A DNA stretch of 60,538 nucleotides, counting the filler, from Trypethelium eluteriae (taxonomy: Eukaryota): NCBI GenBank assembly GCA_051942245.1. It is 3 parts of 3 records of this genome, joined end to end, with 100 filler letters (N's around TTAATTAATTAA, not from the genome) between each part and the next. Parts side by side here need not be neighbours in the genome. Positions count along the whole stretch, not along the records: positions 20,407 to 40,444 come from JAVECL010000504.1; positions 40,545 to 60,538 come from JAVECL010000505.1; 1 more part is not named here. One strand, written 5' to 3'. Within the stretch, counting starts at the first letter, position 1. Each line of letters begins with the position of its first letter. A program made the translations under genes and the position numbers. Of this stretch, positions 26,707 through 40,555 are shown piece after piece. The notes under the pieces were generated by a model. The model made no database searches, was not told the origin of the DNA, and saw only the letters and a program-made list of their open reading frames with translations.

Positions 26707-29700
26707 TCAATCCTCATATCCCATGGACGACCTGCTCGGAGATGTGGCTCCTGAAGCCCTGGGTGTAGGATCCGGATCCGCCGTTCGATGCGACGGTTTC
26801 GGCGTGACATCTATATCCTCAACGACCTGCGCCACCTTCTCACCTGGCAGCCTGGGAAAAATCTCTGGCGGCGTAATCGTAGGTTCCACTGGTGCTGCTT
26901 CTTCCCCGACCGTTCGTTCAGGCGTGTGTGGTGTAGGCGCCTGTCGTTCCTCCGTGCCCATACCTGGTGAGAGCGCCGGGACAGGCAATCCGGACTTCAT
27001 AGATTCTTCTTCGTCTCCAGCACCTCTTCCCGCATCCCCTTCCTCCTGCGCCTCCTCCGCCAGCACATCCTCCATAATCCTCTCCTGGCTCTCGCGACTC
27101 GCCTCCCGCGCCGCCTCCGTCTTCAGCCCCGACCGGGCCTCATCCACACTGATGACGCTGCCCTGGCTATTCGTCCGCATCATCTCCGTACTGAGTTTCG
27201 AGCTTCTTGGCGTCGTCCCCGTGGCGCTGTGCGCGCTCGTCACGCGCTTCGGCGAGCCTCCGAGGTTCGTCGCCGCGGCGGCCATCTTCGTGTTGACCGA
27301 GGGGGAGGTGCGGCGCTTGGGACTGCGCGCGCGGACCCGCTCGTCGCCGAGGATCTCGTCTTCGTCGTCGCCCGATTCCGCGGATTCGTGGCGTTCGCGT
27401 TCGAAGCTGCGCCGCTTGGCGGCGATCTTTTCTGCGGACGGCTGCTTGCGAGGTGACTTGGCGGCGGCGGCGGCGGCAGCGGTTACTCCGGCGGCGAAGG
27501 ACGATAATTTGGTCGTCTTTGGGGGCGATCTGGATCGACTTGGGGGTGTGCCGGTGTCATGTGTCATTACAGGCGGTGCGGAGACTTGATGAGTGAGGTG
27601 CGCCATTGGGCCTGATGTTGCAGCGCCTTGGTGTGGTAGAACCAAAGGTTTGAACTCTGGTGGAACGGTAGACGGTGGATTGGAGTCTCTGCTCGTCTCC
27701 TTCGGTTCAGAGGTGACCTGGGGCTGCGGTGGAGGTTGGAACGAGCCATCAGAGATGCCCAGGCCGCCGAATGCTCGCACAATATCGCGATCGCGCCATT
27801 CCTCGGTAGGCTGACGGCTAATAATGAGTGGTACTTCATTGCTAGTCATACTGTCCGTTTCGCCGAAGAAGCTAGAGGAGATTGAATCTTCCCGACTTGA
27901 ACCTCGGTAGCTGCTTGAAGTCGGTTGGACGTATCCAGATGAGCTTGAAGTAGGGCTATCGCCCATCTTCACACTGCTGCTCTCATGATGCCTTAAGCTG
28001 GATGGAATGTGGTAGCTGGTCGCTGACGCCTGCGCTGGACTCCACCCCGGCGGCGCTGGTTTCCACTGACACAATTTACCGAGCACATCTGTCAGCTTGG
28101 CAGTCGTTGGTGGCTTTTCAATCATTCCATCAAAATAATACGGTCCCTGCAGTTCCTTCAAATAGCCTGTCACCGCAACAAGGGGTGTATGACTGTTCGC
28201 ATTCTTGGTGTCTCTGATCATTCTCGCAACGTCTGCGCCATTAATTTGCGGTAGTCTGAATTCCATCATGATGATGTCAAATTTGACCTCCGACATGGCA
28301 TAGCGCATGGCTTCACTGCCATTCGTCACGGAGATAGTACGGCAACGCAACTTCTCGAGAAGTTTTTCCATTACCAGCCGCGATACAGGATGGTCCTCGC
28401 AAATGAGCACATCAAGTGGGCGAAACATTGGGCCACCTTCAGCGAGAGTGATCTGAGAGAGGCGACGTGACGATTGTCGTCGGCGTTGGACACGAAGTAA
28501 TGCCTTCTGTCGTTGCTGTTCTTCGTTATCGGACGACGATGGCGAATCATTGAGGACCTGGCTGCGACGTTTGTGATGGCTTGGCAGTGCTTCGCGATGT
28601 TGGTTGTCTTCTTGCGAGCCTACAGTCAGGGAGCGCGCACGTGGAGAAGCAGCAGCACTTGTCTGTGAGCCACTGCCCTGTCTCTGGGTAGGAACATTGC
28701 GTTCCGGGACGCCACTTGATGGCGCTGGAGCTTTTGCCATCTTGATTGGAGACGACGCTGTCGACGTTGTCTTGAAATTATTTGACAAGCGTGGAACTTC
28801 GAAGAAGCCACCAGGCTGCAACGTTTGGGAGTTGGGTTGGGAAAGATTGGACGATCCGCTCGATGTTTTCCTCCTTTCGTGACCTTGTCCAGTGCCGAAG
28901 GACACCAAAAGTGGGGAGGAAGGTTGGGATTGACGACTTGGCGAAGAATTCGTGCCACTCTGGACTGACGGCGATGCTGGTCGATTATGACCTTTGTTGG
29001 CAGACATGGTACGCTTAAGCGGCATTGGTAGCATCGGGCTGGATTCCAGCGAAGGCGATGGTGATCCCACAGCTGGAGATGTAACGTTCCCTGAGGTAGA
29101 CGAAGATTTGCTCTGTGCTTGCATTGCTTCGGCTTTCAGTTTCTGAATAACGTCTTTATTGGCCTTCTCTAGCACCGATAGATTCTTGAATGAGAAATTA
29201 CCGAAATCGTCAGAAGCCACGGGTTCACTGAGGCGCCTGCTTCGTCCATCACGGACGTGAGGTGGAATATGCAGGGGCATCAGAGTCCGTTTCAAGGAGT
29301 TATTGACCTGGCTGCGAACGCGTGAAATGGCATCATGCGGACGGTCTGGGTAATCTGCACCAGGTGTCACTCCAGGCGACGTGATTTGGTCTTCAAATTC
29401 ATCTGCAAAATTCTGCAAAGTGGCACCACGCGCATCAAAATACTCTGTGTCTTCGGGATTACCTGGCTGCGGGACGAATGATGCCTCATCATCACGTAGT
29501 GAATCCCAATTGACATCGTTGAACCAAGGATGCTTCCGAATTTCCTCGCCTCCAGTGGCATATTCCTCCCGAGTGTTCGCGCCCAGACGCTCGGTCGGGT
29601 TCAAGCTCATAAGCTTGTTCATCAGATCCTTTGCTTCGTCGGAAACCTCACACTCCTCGTCCTCTGGCCAGTCTATCTTGCGAGCTAAGATGTTTTGGAA

Positions 29701-32700
29701 AACATCGTCTGGTGTGTCTGCGTGGAAGGGTGGGTAGCCAAACAGCATTTCAAAAAGTATGCAACCGAGGGACCACCAGTCACTGATCTCATCCTGGCCG
29801 AATCCGTTGATGGTCTCCGGCGCGAGATAGTCCGGCGTACCCACAAATCGGCGATTGCTGTCTTGCGGGTCGAAAAGGGCCATTGGAGGCGGCATCATTG
29901 ACGACGAGAGAGGTGGCGTGATGGTATTTTCTTTCGGGAGGTGGATATTATTGCTTACCGTAGGCTGTAAGAGATAAGGATCTGGTGAACCATCTTCTGG
30001 CTGAGATGTTTCCTCTTCAATGGGCGAACGGTTCCTTCCCGGCTCATCGGCTAGCGAAAAACGACGGAAGAAAGATGCCAGAGCATCGCTATCACCGCTA
30101 TCGCTCCTATGACCAGAGGTCCTACGGGAATTTTCTCGGCCATTTGATTCTTCTCGACTGAGACTGAAATATGACGGTTGACTCAAGTCCCCTGTATAGG
30201 CAGGCGTGAGATCGGGGGTGTTGTTTGGAGAGTGAGTACCTTGGAGGTCAAAGGAAGCTGATCGAGAAGATGCAATCGACATATTCCGGTGAAAAGGACC
30301 AGATTTTAGGAGATCTGGCACAGGCTCTTGTGCTTTGCTGTTCAAGTATCGCTTTTGCCGGCCAATCAAACCCATACGCGAGAGTCCAAAGTCCGTCAGT
30401 TTCAGATGGCCTTTTTGATCGATCAATAAGTTGTCGGGTTTCAGGTCCCGATGGACAATATTCCGGCTATGCAGATGCTCAACGCCCAAGACCACTTCGG
30501 CCACGTACTTCTTAGCCCAATCTTCTGGTATTCCCCCAAGAACCTTGATGAGAGATGCACAGTCACCGCCGTTAAGGTACTCCATAACCAAATAGAGGTA
30601 CTCCTTACTGGCGAATGTCCAGTAAAGCTTGGCTACAAACTCACTCTCGCCTTGCCACATCATGATCGCGCGTTCCGCTTTGACATTGGTGACTTGATTT
30701 TTCGCGACCATATCAGCCTTCTTCAAGACTTTGATTGCGTAATATTCCCCCGTCGATTTCTTTTTTGATAGATATACGCTGCCAAAGGCGCCTTTGCTGA
30801 TTGGCTTAATGACCTCGAAATCCTTGATCGACACAGGCACAGCGCGGGGTTGTGGGTGAGTTGCAGCAGGCATTCTTGGGGACACAGGCCGATGCACATC
30901 TGAAGATGTAGCAGAGGATTGTCGACGGTGGTGGTGCATATGTTGCGCTGTCATGACCGGCGACGAAAATTCACTCGTACCAAGTGCAGGAGACGTGATC
31001 GGCGATGGGATACTTTCAGTTGAACTTGGTATCCTTGGCTTCGATACTCGCAATGGTGAGGATGAGAGTTGACTCCTTGCTGGGGACTGTTGTCGGCTAT
31101 TCGACATTGCACCTGGCAGTATCAAGCTCCTACGTTTTCGATCGGTCTCGCGAGTGCTTGTTGCCCGACGAAGACCACCCTGCTCTGAACTGGGTGATTC
31201 GGCTCTACGTGAAGTCGACATGGCTGAGGAAATGACACTGCCGACATCACTCTCGGCACCATTCTCGCTGTCAGCGTGGATGGAGCTCCGCTGGAACACG
31301 CTGCTCATAGCGGTCGATCGTGGTGTTTTTGAGCCACGTGGACTGCTAGACCTGCTACTGCCAGCAGCGGAAGAGCTACGTCGCAAGGAGGACAGGTTAA
31401 GCGTGGGATCTGAAGAGTTGCGTAGAGCGGTGGCCATTGCGGACGGACCTTCAAACGATCCGGCGAAGAAGGCTTCTTCCATGGGGCTCCGTGCTGGAGT
31501 AAGCGATGGAGCCAGGACAGGAGTAGGGTCCTCTCCCGTTCCTTCAATCGGCTCCGATCCAGATACCTCTTCGCTTGAGTCACTGAGCTCACCAGAGGCA
31601 ATCTGCGCCGCCTTTCGCATTGCCTTCTCTATGCATTCCTGAACCAGGACCTCGAATTCAACCCTGATGCGTTCAGAATACTCCAGAATGCCACGGTATC
31701 GGGATACAGCCTCAACTTTAGCTTTTGCGAGACTGACCGTATCCTCACAGAGTAGAGCCAGTCCTTGCTCGTTCTCTATAGTGGTGGTGCTAGGCGGTGA
31801 CCATTGCAAGACTTGCGAAATGCGGTTCTCCGACTCTGGAGATTGCGTACGGAGCTCGCCAGTGTTCTCACTACGAGTGTCCTTAATGGTGGGTGTGCTG
31901 ATCTCCATTGTAGTGTCACAGAGATCACAAACAAGCTCGACGACGCGAGCAAGTGGTCGACGGATAGCGAATGATCGTGCTCGACTGTGGCCAAAGCTGG
32001 AAGCGGAACGGTCGCGAGATCTTGATGGAGGGGAAGCTGGGGAAGACCTGCCTGATGAAGGGCCTGACGAAGGTGTCGATGTAGGTCCAATAGGCAATCC
32101 TTTGTATTCTGGCGCAACGGGCTGCTGCACTATTTCGCCAGAGGATGGCCGTGGTTGCCGAGTTTGTGCTTCTAATCCGTCGAGGATCCTGACGATAGAA
32201 GTGCGGTGCTCAGTCAAGGTCTCATGTGCAAACTGAACATCCATCTCAGCTCGATGCTCCTGTAGGCAAAGTTCCGAGTGCTTCTCAAACCACCAAGGAG
32301 TAATTTGGCGCTCGCATATTCGGCAAAGAACCGGCATGGGTGGAGGATGATGGCTCGGATCATTGGCTCCGACCTCGGCAAGGGTGGTGAGGTATTGTGC
32401 AAGCACTTCGGCACCAACACCTAGAGACTCAACCAAAAGCTCTGGAAGATCGATTGTGATCTCTCGCACGACAGCAGGTCGGATCATCCACATCGTCTGT
32501 GTAATGTTTAGTAATTGAAAATCGTACCAATCAAAACGGTACTTACATGGCTGCTTTCGCCCGACGTTCGATTGTAGACCATGATACCTTGGGCCTCCAA
32601 TTCGATGACGGGGTCAACATCGCCGTTGTCGCTTGTTGTAATCTCTCCTTCCTGGTTCTCTCCTTCGTCGTCGTCCTTCGGCGTGGGTGTTTCCGGCGAG

Positions 32701-33119
32701 CCATCCTTGGTGTTCCCAGGGTGCAGCACCGATGCTGGGCCGATCTTCAAGGAAAAATGAATGATTTGGCTCCTAGAGTCATCTTGCTTCATCGAGTCGA
32801 CTGTCTCGGAGAAGGCAGATTTCTTGTCGACAATGAGATCGGCAATCGGCATTCCGACTACAGAATCTGCAGACGTGCCAACGACGTCTTGCCAGGATGG
32901 ACTGACCCAACGGATGTTTCCATCAAGACCCAGGTCCATGATCACGTTTAAACTCTGCTCTGCTGCCTGCTTGAGATCGTCTCGTTCGTCTCGAATGTCC
33001 ATGCTGACTGTGCGTTCCATGCCAGCTCTTGAATTTTCCCCACTCCCTGCTGCTTCGCCTTTGAGCTTCATTACAGCTGGTGGAGGCGGCATGGCCTTGG
33101 TCGACTCGGATTCGGCCAT
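26707..33119 (-). CDS. RIM15: Greatwall-family kinase Rim15/Cek1 (PAS, split kinase domain, receiver domain)
   Basis: PAS-like N-terminus, CRIC zinc motif, KPISKGAFGSV, HRDLKPDN, DFGLS, long insert before FVGTPDYLAPE, and REC domain (LICEDHPVSR...DIIMMEFRLP); intron ~32497-32545. Confidence 0.96.
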
Positions 33120-34127
33120 GCCGGGCGACAATGAAGGGTCAAACACTCAGTCAAAGCGAAGTGGTGAGGACTTCGGCGGATGCGGCGGGCACCGTCCGCC
33201 TGAGCGGGCACCCAGCTGGTCATCAAGTAGTGAAGCTTGACTCGACCATCCTGTTCCAGAACGTGATGGAGAGTAGCAAGGGCATGAACTTTGGCGTGAT
33301 GAGATGAGGATATTGGAGTGGGCTGGGTTGGTGAAGCTGGAGGAAAAAAAGGCAGCTCTGAGTCAAGGACGATGGCGTGTAGGACGATAGGGCGATCGAG
33401 GGGCAGTTCTCACACTGCACGAGAACAGCGCGTGCTATGCCTGCAGCATTTTGAGTCGAGGCATTCCGATCGTGCTTTGGGGGATCGGGGAGAAACAGTG
33501 GATGAGGACACGAGTGGACGGGACGAGAGTTGGGTGGGTGGAGGAGTGGAGGAGTTGTGGTGCTCCGCGTTGCCGTACCCGTACCTCTACCGTACGCTCT
33601 AGGCATTGTTGTCAGCGCCGGGGGGCGGTCAAGACCGACAATACCGCGCGAGTGTGGGGCTTCGACGCTTCCATCCCATCCACCACCCATCGCTGCCATC
33701 GTTGCCATCGTTGCCATCGTTCCTCGCGTCACGCCAAACTGTAGCAGGGTTTCCCGCACCCAAACTGCCAAATTTTCACTACTTGCACTCGCTTTCTCAT
33801 TCATAAATCAATGTTTTTAATCTTTTCACGAACCTTAATCGACGAAGCCATGTCCTTCTCTCCCGCCGAACTCCGCACCGCCAGCATCGGTGTCCGTTCT
33901 TACTGTCTGGCCCTTGTCCACAGGGATAGCTACTTGGATCGAGCAATGTATCTGCAACTAAATTCTATCGACCGCAAATTGATCGGCCTCGAGCGGAAGG
34001 TACCGCCCTAGCCGAGCCGATCTGGCTTCACTCAACCACTCATCACAAGTAGACTCGTCTAGCTGCAGGAGCTCTATCACGTAAACTTCTTTCGTGAGGG
34101 AGCCATAGATTACCTTTACATACTAGC

Positions 34128-36683
34128 TCAGTCCTCGATATCGTCATCGCTGAGTACAAGTTTCTCGACCTTCTGTTCATCGCCTGTAGGTACATGTGGC
34201 TCCCTGGGTGCAACATCTAAATCGTCTTGCTCGTCTTCTGTAACCAGACCCACCCCCCGAAACCGCGTGACGTCTTCCAGTCCCTGTAAATTTAGCAACG
34301 TACCTCTACACCTCTGCAAAATGGCCATGTACGGTAGATATTCAAGAACACCATCAATTCTTGCAGAGCTTCCGCTCCCCAGTCGCGTCTGGCTGGTGGA
34401 GTCTCCATCGCCCTTTGTTGGGGTTGCAGACGCAGATGGGGTTGAGACCGCATTCCTGGTAAACATGTTGGATGAGACGGTTTTCGTTGGTTGTAAATCA
34501 TGTCCGCGTTGGAGCCTCGTGACAAGGAATTCGCTCAAGTCTTCGATTTCCTCTCTTCGCCTCCAAAGTTTTACCGAGGCGGGAAAGAACATTTTGAACG
34601 CGTCTTGGTGTCCCGACTTCTTTGTCTGGCCATCCGAAATACCGGGTGGAGGGGCAACTCTCTTCACTGGTATTGGCAGCGCGAAAAGCAATCCACGTAC
34701 GCTGACGTGAAAGCTGACCTCACTTTGCCTCAATGTGTCACTCGCTATGTTCTGGAAGGTCCTATTGCCTGAACCCAAGCGATTCGGAGTCAAAATGTCC
34801 GCGTCTGACAAAGACTCCATACAAGCATCGATGCAATCAAGCGTGTCTTCCGGGGTGAGCCCACTACAGGAGAGGGCATAGTTTTCGTGCAGAGCAGAGA
34901 CAAATGTATCAACGTCCGCCCCAATTTCATCCAGAAGCTCGTCCACGTCATTCTCAGGTACCTTGAGACGTCTATGCTGTGGAAGATAACTTGGTGGTTG
35001 AGCCACCGGTGGCTCAGTTGGAGAAGGATCTTGGCGTTTGTTATAGAGAACTTTGCCAAGTCCGTGGAACAGATCAAGGCTGCCCCCACGATTCGAAATC
35101 ATCTTTAGCGATTCTTGCTCTATATTTGTTAGAGGTTGCTCTTTTGGTGCACGCTTGGGCTTTGTAAATGCTATCTTGCTTCCCCAACCCTCTCCTTCAT
35201 CACCACGAACGCACAAGAATTCTAGCGTAGATATGGCGCTGCGAATGTCGCCAGTCTCAGCTAAAGTCTTCAAAAGTGGCGGTGCAGGCGTTCGCCGTCG
35301 CCCACTTTGTCGAGCTTCTTTCACTACCACAAGCTCTAGTGCCTTTGTGAGGAAAGTCGGTGCAACTGGTTTAAAGTCAAATACACTCGTGCCGGCGTGA
35401 TGTAGGATTTCAGATCCAAGAAGCCTTTGTGCAGTGAAGCTTTCGGCAACTGAGGTGCTTGTTGAGACTTGAGTCTCTGAAATTATCATGATCAATGGCT
35501 TGATGTTTTCGAGGTGGTCAGAGCGAAGGCTTGCTACAGAAGCTACGGATGGCGTATTTATAGCAAGGAACTGTTGGATCGTCGCTCTGAATGCGTGGAG
35601 AGCAGAAGTCGATCGCATATATGTATTGGGAAACTCTTCAATCAGTATGGCTTCTCTACCTGAATGTTGTGCAGGCGGACTGGATGAGACACCCTCCTTC
35701 TTGAGCACGGCATGTTCATCATCGACCGAACCAAGCTCAAGAGCACCAAATTGCCCTGTTCTTCCAATGTAATCTTCGAAGTGAGTCAAGACTGAGACAT
35801 AATCATCAGACGCAAAGTCTGACGTTGAGGGATTCTTCCACTCATGAAGTTTGAACTGAAGGAATTCTGCCAGAAGCGATACAGTCGTAGTCTTGCCACT
35901 TCCTGCTGGTCCTTTCAATACCAGGAGGCGTTTCCTGTCCAGTCCAGTGAAAACAGCCTTCAACCAATGCGTAACATCTGACACTTTTTTCTTATGGACT
36001 GCCAACTCATCTAGATTGGATGGGCTGTACTTGTCTGTCCATGGTCTTCCGTCTACTTGTATCGTATGATTGTTCGGCTTCGAAGTAGAAACGGCCTTTT
36101 TCCCATCTCTTGTCTTCAGAAACTTTTGGCTGGCGACAGGGAAGCTGTCCACTTCTCTTACAATGGAGGATTGACCAAGAGCACTTCTTGTGCGCTTCTT
36201 GGTCACTGCGGCTTTCTCATAGGGCGTACAGGATGTCGATCTGCTCCTTGGCTTGTCGTTTTCAATGTCGTCCTCGATTGCTTCTTGAATATCTTCCTTT
36301 TCAGGACTGGAAGACAGGCGCGATTGTTGTTTCTGCGTAGCGGCATTGAAAAAAGAATACAGTGTCTTATTCCCAGTTTGCGGTTTACCTGTTTCTTTTG
36401 GACCGACAAAGGATCTGGTCTGTCCATTTGGTGAGGTAACACCACCAGTTTCCGTAGCAGCCTCGTTGGGTGCGCTATCACATCTTGCCTCAACTTCAGG
36501 ATGGTGTTGAGCTTCACTCACCGCTCTCCTGGACCTATTTGGAAGCTTCCGTTTCTGCGACCCGATCAATGGCGGCGCGTTCGAACGCGTTCCGGGGTGT
36601 TGTGTGGTTGAAACTGTTGGAGGAAGCTCCTCCTCACCTGAGGATACGACAATGGCTGTCCTGCCCTTCCTGGTCCGGCCCAT
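34128..36683 (-). CDS. RAD17: Checkpoint clamp loader Rad17 (S. cerevisiae Rad24)
   Basis: PWTDKYSPSNLDELAVHKKKV, Walker A GPAGSGKTT, ILIEEFP, GDIRSAISTLEF, LDLFHGLGKVLYNKR; 851-aa uninterrupted ORF. Confidence 0.95.
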   Translation of the reverse strand: MGRTRKGRTAIVVSSGEEELPPTVSTTQHPGTRSNAPPLIGSQKRKLPNRSRRAVSEAQHHPEVEARCDSAPNEAATETGGVTSPNGQTRSFVGPKETGKPQTGNKTLYSFFNAATQKQQSRLSSSPEKEDIQEAIEDDIENDKPRSRSTSCTPYEKAAVTKKRTRSALGQSSIVREVDSFPVASQKFLKTRDGKKAVSTSKPNNHTIQVDGRPWTDKYSPSNLDELAVHKKKVSDVTHWLKAVFTGLDRKRLLVLKGPAGSGKTTTVSLLAEFLQFKLHEWKNPSTSDFASDDYVSVLTHFEDYIGRTGQFGALELGSVDDEHAVLKKEGVSSSPPAQHSGREAILIEEFPNTYMRSTSALHAFRATIQQFLAINTPSVASVASLRSDHLENIKPLIMIISETQVSTSTSVAESFTAQRLLGSEILHHAGTSVFDFKPVAPTFLTKALELVVVKEARQSGRRRTPAPPLLKTLAETGDIRSAISTLEFLCVRGDEGEGWGSKIAFTKPKRAPKEQPLTNIEQESLKMISNRGGSLDLFHGLGKVLYNKRQDPSPTEPPVAQPPSYLPQHRRLKVPENDVDELLDEIGADVDTFVSALHENYALSCSGLTPEDTLDCIDACMESLSDADILTPNRLGSGNRTFQNIASDTLRQSEVSFHVSVRGLLFALPIPVKRVAPPPGISDGQTKKSGHQDAFKMFFPASVKLWRRREEIEDLSEFLVTRLQRGHDLQPTKTVSSNMFTRNAVSTPSASATPTKGDGDSTSQTRLGSGSSARIDGVLEYLPYMAILQRCRGTLLNLQGLEDVTRFRGVGLVTEDEQDDLDVAPREPHVPTGDEQKVEKLVLSDDDIED

Positions 36684-39600
36684 GCCAGCGAAGACCTGGC
36701 TCTAAGCCTGGGTTAGGACTCATGGTTCGAATATGTGCATAACATGCTTCAAGGCGTGGTCAATGGGAAGATTTCCAGGATGTACACACGCATTAATCTG
36801 CGGTCGGACGAAAGTTTGGCAATCACGGTCAATGACTTCAATACAGATAGACCTCACCGTCGAAGTTTCGGGATTTCTGTTTCCACATACCTATAGGTAC
36901 CTAATGCATCGTTGGCGTCTACCACTAGGAGCACGGGTTTGCTCTTTCTAGAGCCGGTGAAAAATAGCAACTGCTTTAGACCTCGTTATCTCACATAGCA
37001 CATGTCTAAATACTAAGTGAGTCATGTCAATTATCAAGGAAAGCTAGATTTCTCGATGTAAAATACGCATTCAATGAGTAGTCCTTACTCATCCCTTTCT
37101 GAATCTTTCTATTCTCGTCCTTATCCCCAAAAGGGTTCTCGAAATCATTCAAAATGCTACCACTCTATCTGCCCACAAGAAGTCACATTCCTGTGCGCAA
37201 TTACAAACTCTCGAAGTGCTCTCCTGGCTATAACCAAACAAATCATCAGTATGCTCTTGCTCACGGCCAATTGAACACTTACGGGAGTTCTCAATTGACA
37301 GGTGTACCGCACTGAGGGCATGACTTGCCTGGGATAACCCAGACCGTCTGACCCTTAGACAGGCATGTTGGACACTTCCGGCCGGGAACCTGGGAATCAA
37401 ATGGTTAGTCATTACGACGGATCCACCAAATTCGGGTGGCGTGCAAGAATACGAGAGGCTCACTGGCATGTACATGGTTGGTGGAGCAGCGTCAGACAGG
37501 CCCTCGGCAATGCGATCGTACAGGATTCCTTCCTCCTCTTTGTCGAGCGCCGGAAGAGTTGGAAGCTGCTTGATTCTCAGCTGCTCGAGAATCAAATCAC
37601 AGTGGGTAAGAGAAGACATCATTCTTTGAGAAGGCAAGAAGAAAGGGTTGTAGTGGAAAAGTCACATGAACCCAGAAGCCAGTGGTTTATCCTCTGTCGA
37701 TGCTTTCTAGTACATTCACGCAAGAATGCTGAGAGATGCTGGCATTATATGCTTTCTTCCATCCTTCATCCGAGTCTAGTTATCTCTCGGGACCAACAGT
37801 ACCGACCTCTATCGTTACGACCAATTTTCTCGGCGTCGGTATTCTTCGATTTCGCACCACCCGTCCATTTCAACGACTGACCACCCAAATCCGCGTTGCG
37901 CTGAAGAATATTGTACGACGTTCATCTGCAGCTTGAGAGCTGGGCGAGACCTATACCCAGTGCTTCAGCAACGGTCCTGATAACCCATCCGATTATGCGT
38001 GCTCTCTTGTTGGAGACCTTCTGTACTTCAATTTCGAAATGGATTCTGGGAACACACATTGACCTATTTTACACAAAGCTCCGTCGCAACCCGCCAGTTC
38101 TGGCTGCATCCAGCGGTTTTTTCCAAGGAAAATGTCAACATCTGCCGGAGATTATCCGCTTAACATATCCTACGCTGCTTAAAAATCATTGATTGGTGGG
38201 CTCGGTTCGACTTTTGGAATTCAATCCATGTCACGTCATGTCACGTCAAGACCACCAAATCGGAAATCGTGAACAAGTGATAGGCAAGTCCTCTCGATCA
38301 GGGGCATAATGTTATGGCCGTCGCAAACCCGAAATTTGCTTTGCGTTGCATTGGCCCCAGTTGGGTGATACGGGCATTACGATGCCTCCTTTTCCCTGGC
38401 CCTTTGCCTCTTGGATTGTCAAGGCGGCACTTCGTCCGATGCTCCGTCAGGGGGTACCGTGAGAAATGTCTTTGAAGTCTACCAAGGGATGACTGCAAGG
38501 CATGCAGCTGCTTTCGGCTTCAAATCCTATTGGGTCCATGCTAGACTAGTGAGCTGGAATAGACCTGTCAAGTAGATAGTCTCTCTGCATATCCTTGTTT
38601 AGTAAATCACCAAGCTCTTATCTGTAGGTCCTGCGATATTGGTCTAGAACCCGTTTCACGTCTGGAGTCTGGAGGTTGATACGTCGATGGCCTCAAGTAT
38701 CAATAAAAACAGCTGTTATCTGAATTTCTGGCTCTACCGCTGATGGCTCGAACAGTGAAACCATACCTTCAGTAGGGATTATCGGTGCTGTTGGTTCTAT
38801 GCTTGGCGATACTAGATACCCCCTTAAGTACACAAAACCCAAAACCGCGGTTTCTGGCCCAACAGACTGGTCGATGATACAATCTCAAGCAACGTTACAC
38901 AAAGAGAATCGCGGAACTTTATTAGCATTCCACCCATGATGTCGGGTTGTCCTAAACTCGCCTTTGTCCGAAAATCCCCAACAACTTCGACGGCCGTTAA
39001 AATGCACTGCCCATTAGGGTCTTCTCATTACGAGTAGTAAATGCCTGGTCGCTTTGACCTTGCGATACTATTGCCCAATGCAAACCACGCCTCATTGAGG
39101 TCATGCGATTGGGGGACAAATGCGACTCCAGTAGTACTGCATATCTGGCGAATGCCATATCAGTATGTACACACAAAACAAGACGATCATGCCGTGACCA
39201 CATCTTTACGAGATATCATTCTGTGTGATTACACATAGAACATTACGCTAACCATTTAGCTCAAAGACCAATAGAATTTTAACGTCGACCAGGTGCACCA
39301 TACAGTCGGAGGCCCTGCAGCACAAGAGCTTCCCAGACCCACTCGGCAGTCCCGGTTAGTCGTACGATTGGAAGGATTGGAGAGCACGGACTGCTAGTCA
39401 GAACTGGCGGCTACACAGAGATAGGGCTCTGTGCAGTCATCGGATGCGCTGCAGCTGGACCGAAAGGCCAGGGCTGCCTCTGCGCGGGGATGGAGCAACT
39501 ATGGCATAGCTTCCTAGAAGATCTCGATTACTTTCAAACATGGTGGTCTGTATTCTAGACGTGTTCCACCGCTTGCTACCTCGTCCCCATGTTTTCACTG

Positions 39601-39780
39601 TTTTCAGTACTTCTCGTCGGGCTTTCGGCAAAGAGGGGTGCATATCTATGCATTCATGCGTTCTGAGCACAATAACGTGGCATTCCCCCGCCCTTCAAGT
39701 GCATCCCTTTGCCAATATCCTCGTAGGGCAGAGAGATCCTGGAGTTTGGTAAAGTGGGGTGCTTCGGTGTCCGCCAAAAT

Positions 39781-40444
39781 TCATGTTGATGGATTTGTTG
39801 TGGTAGCCGCCACCGCCCCCTTATTTGGTGTCACAGGGTCCGCTTTCACAGTTCCCTTGTTTGGGACAGATGCATCGTCATCCGCAGCTGTGAAAGCTTT
39901 GTCAATCTTCACGAAAAGGAACCCTTCACTAGGTAACCCACGGGCATCGTAGAGATGGATGAATCGATGGCCCGATCGTAGACGGTCAAGCCTAATACAA
40001 GCCCAGGCTGCGAGTTCGCTTCTCAGCACTTCTTGGTCCATGACTTTGAATCTGTAGCTCAGACTGTTAGCTGTAGCTCAACTTGTGGATTATTTGGAAC
40101 GCAAATCCAAGGTTGATAGACTCACCTCACAAAACTCAATTCTGGCACAATGCCAGTCACCCCTTCAAATTTCATCACATCTCCCCTAAAGTCTACCTCT
40201 CCACCCTTCCCCTTAGCCACCCCTGTCTTTTGCTTTAATTTCTTCTCTTCCTTCTTCTCCTCCTTTGAACCCTCCTCCTCCCTTCCCTCCAGCTCCCTTC
40301 CAACATGCAACTCACACTTCACAGACGGCCTCACATCCTTCTTCCCCTCCGGAGCCGGCACTCCCTGCGCAGCCAATACCGTAATCACCAACCCCAACAC
40401 CCCAGCGCGGCCTCCATCAAGCCTCCCACCCTCCTCCTCCTCCT
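39781..40444 (-). CDS. PLC1: Phosphoinositide phospholipase C, C-terminal C2 domain only (rest lost in gap)
   Basis: ITVLAAQGVP...PSVKCELHV...VPELSFVR|FKVMD...LAAWACIRLDRLRSGHRFIHLYD, typical of the fungal PI-PLC C2 domain; intron ~40056-40125. Confidence 0.8.
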
Positions 40445-40544
40445 NNNNNNNNNNNNNNNNNNNNNNNNNNNNNNNNNNNNNNNNNNNNTTAATTAATTAA
40501 NNNNNNNNNNNNNNNNNNNNNNNNNNNNNNNNNNNNNNNNNNNN
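40445..40544. other. Artificial contig spacer
   Basis: Same N-run/TTAATTAATTAA/N-run as 20307-20406. Confidence 0.97.
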
Positions 40545-40555
40545 TCATTGTGCGG

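Noticed and set aside
26723..27589. 288-aa ORF antisense to RIM15, and similar shadow ORFs over Snf2, LRG1, RAD17 and MMM1
   Set aside because: Expected in GC-rich coding DNA; low complexity and no motifs.
28250..28290. Rim15 receiver domain has Glu at the phospho-acceptor position (DIIMMEF)
   Set aside because: Known property of fungal Rim15 receiver domains.
37074..39430. ORFs of 60-170 aa between RAD17 and PLC
   Set aside because: No recognisable motif or coherent exon chain; a degenerate gene cannot be excluded without a search.
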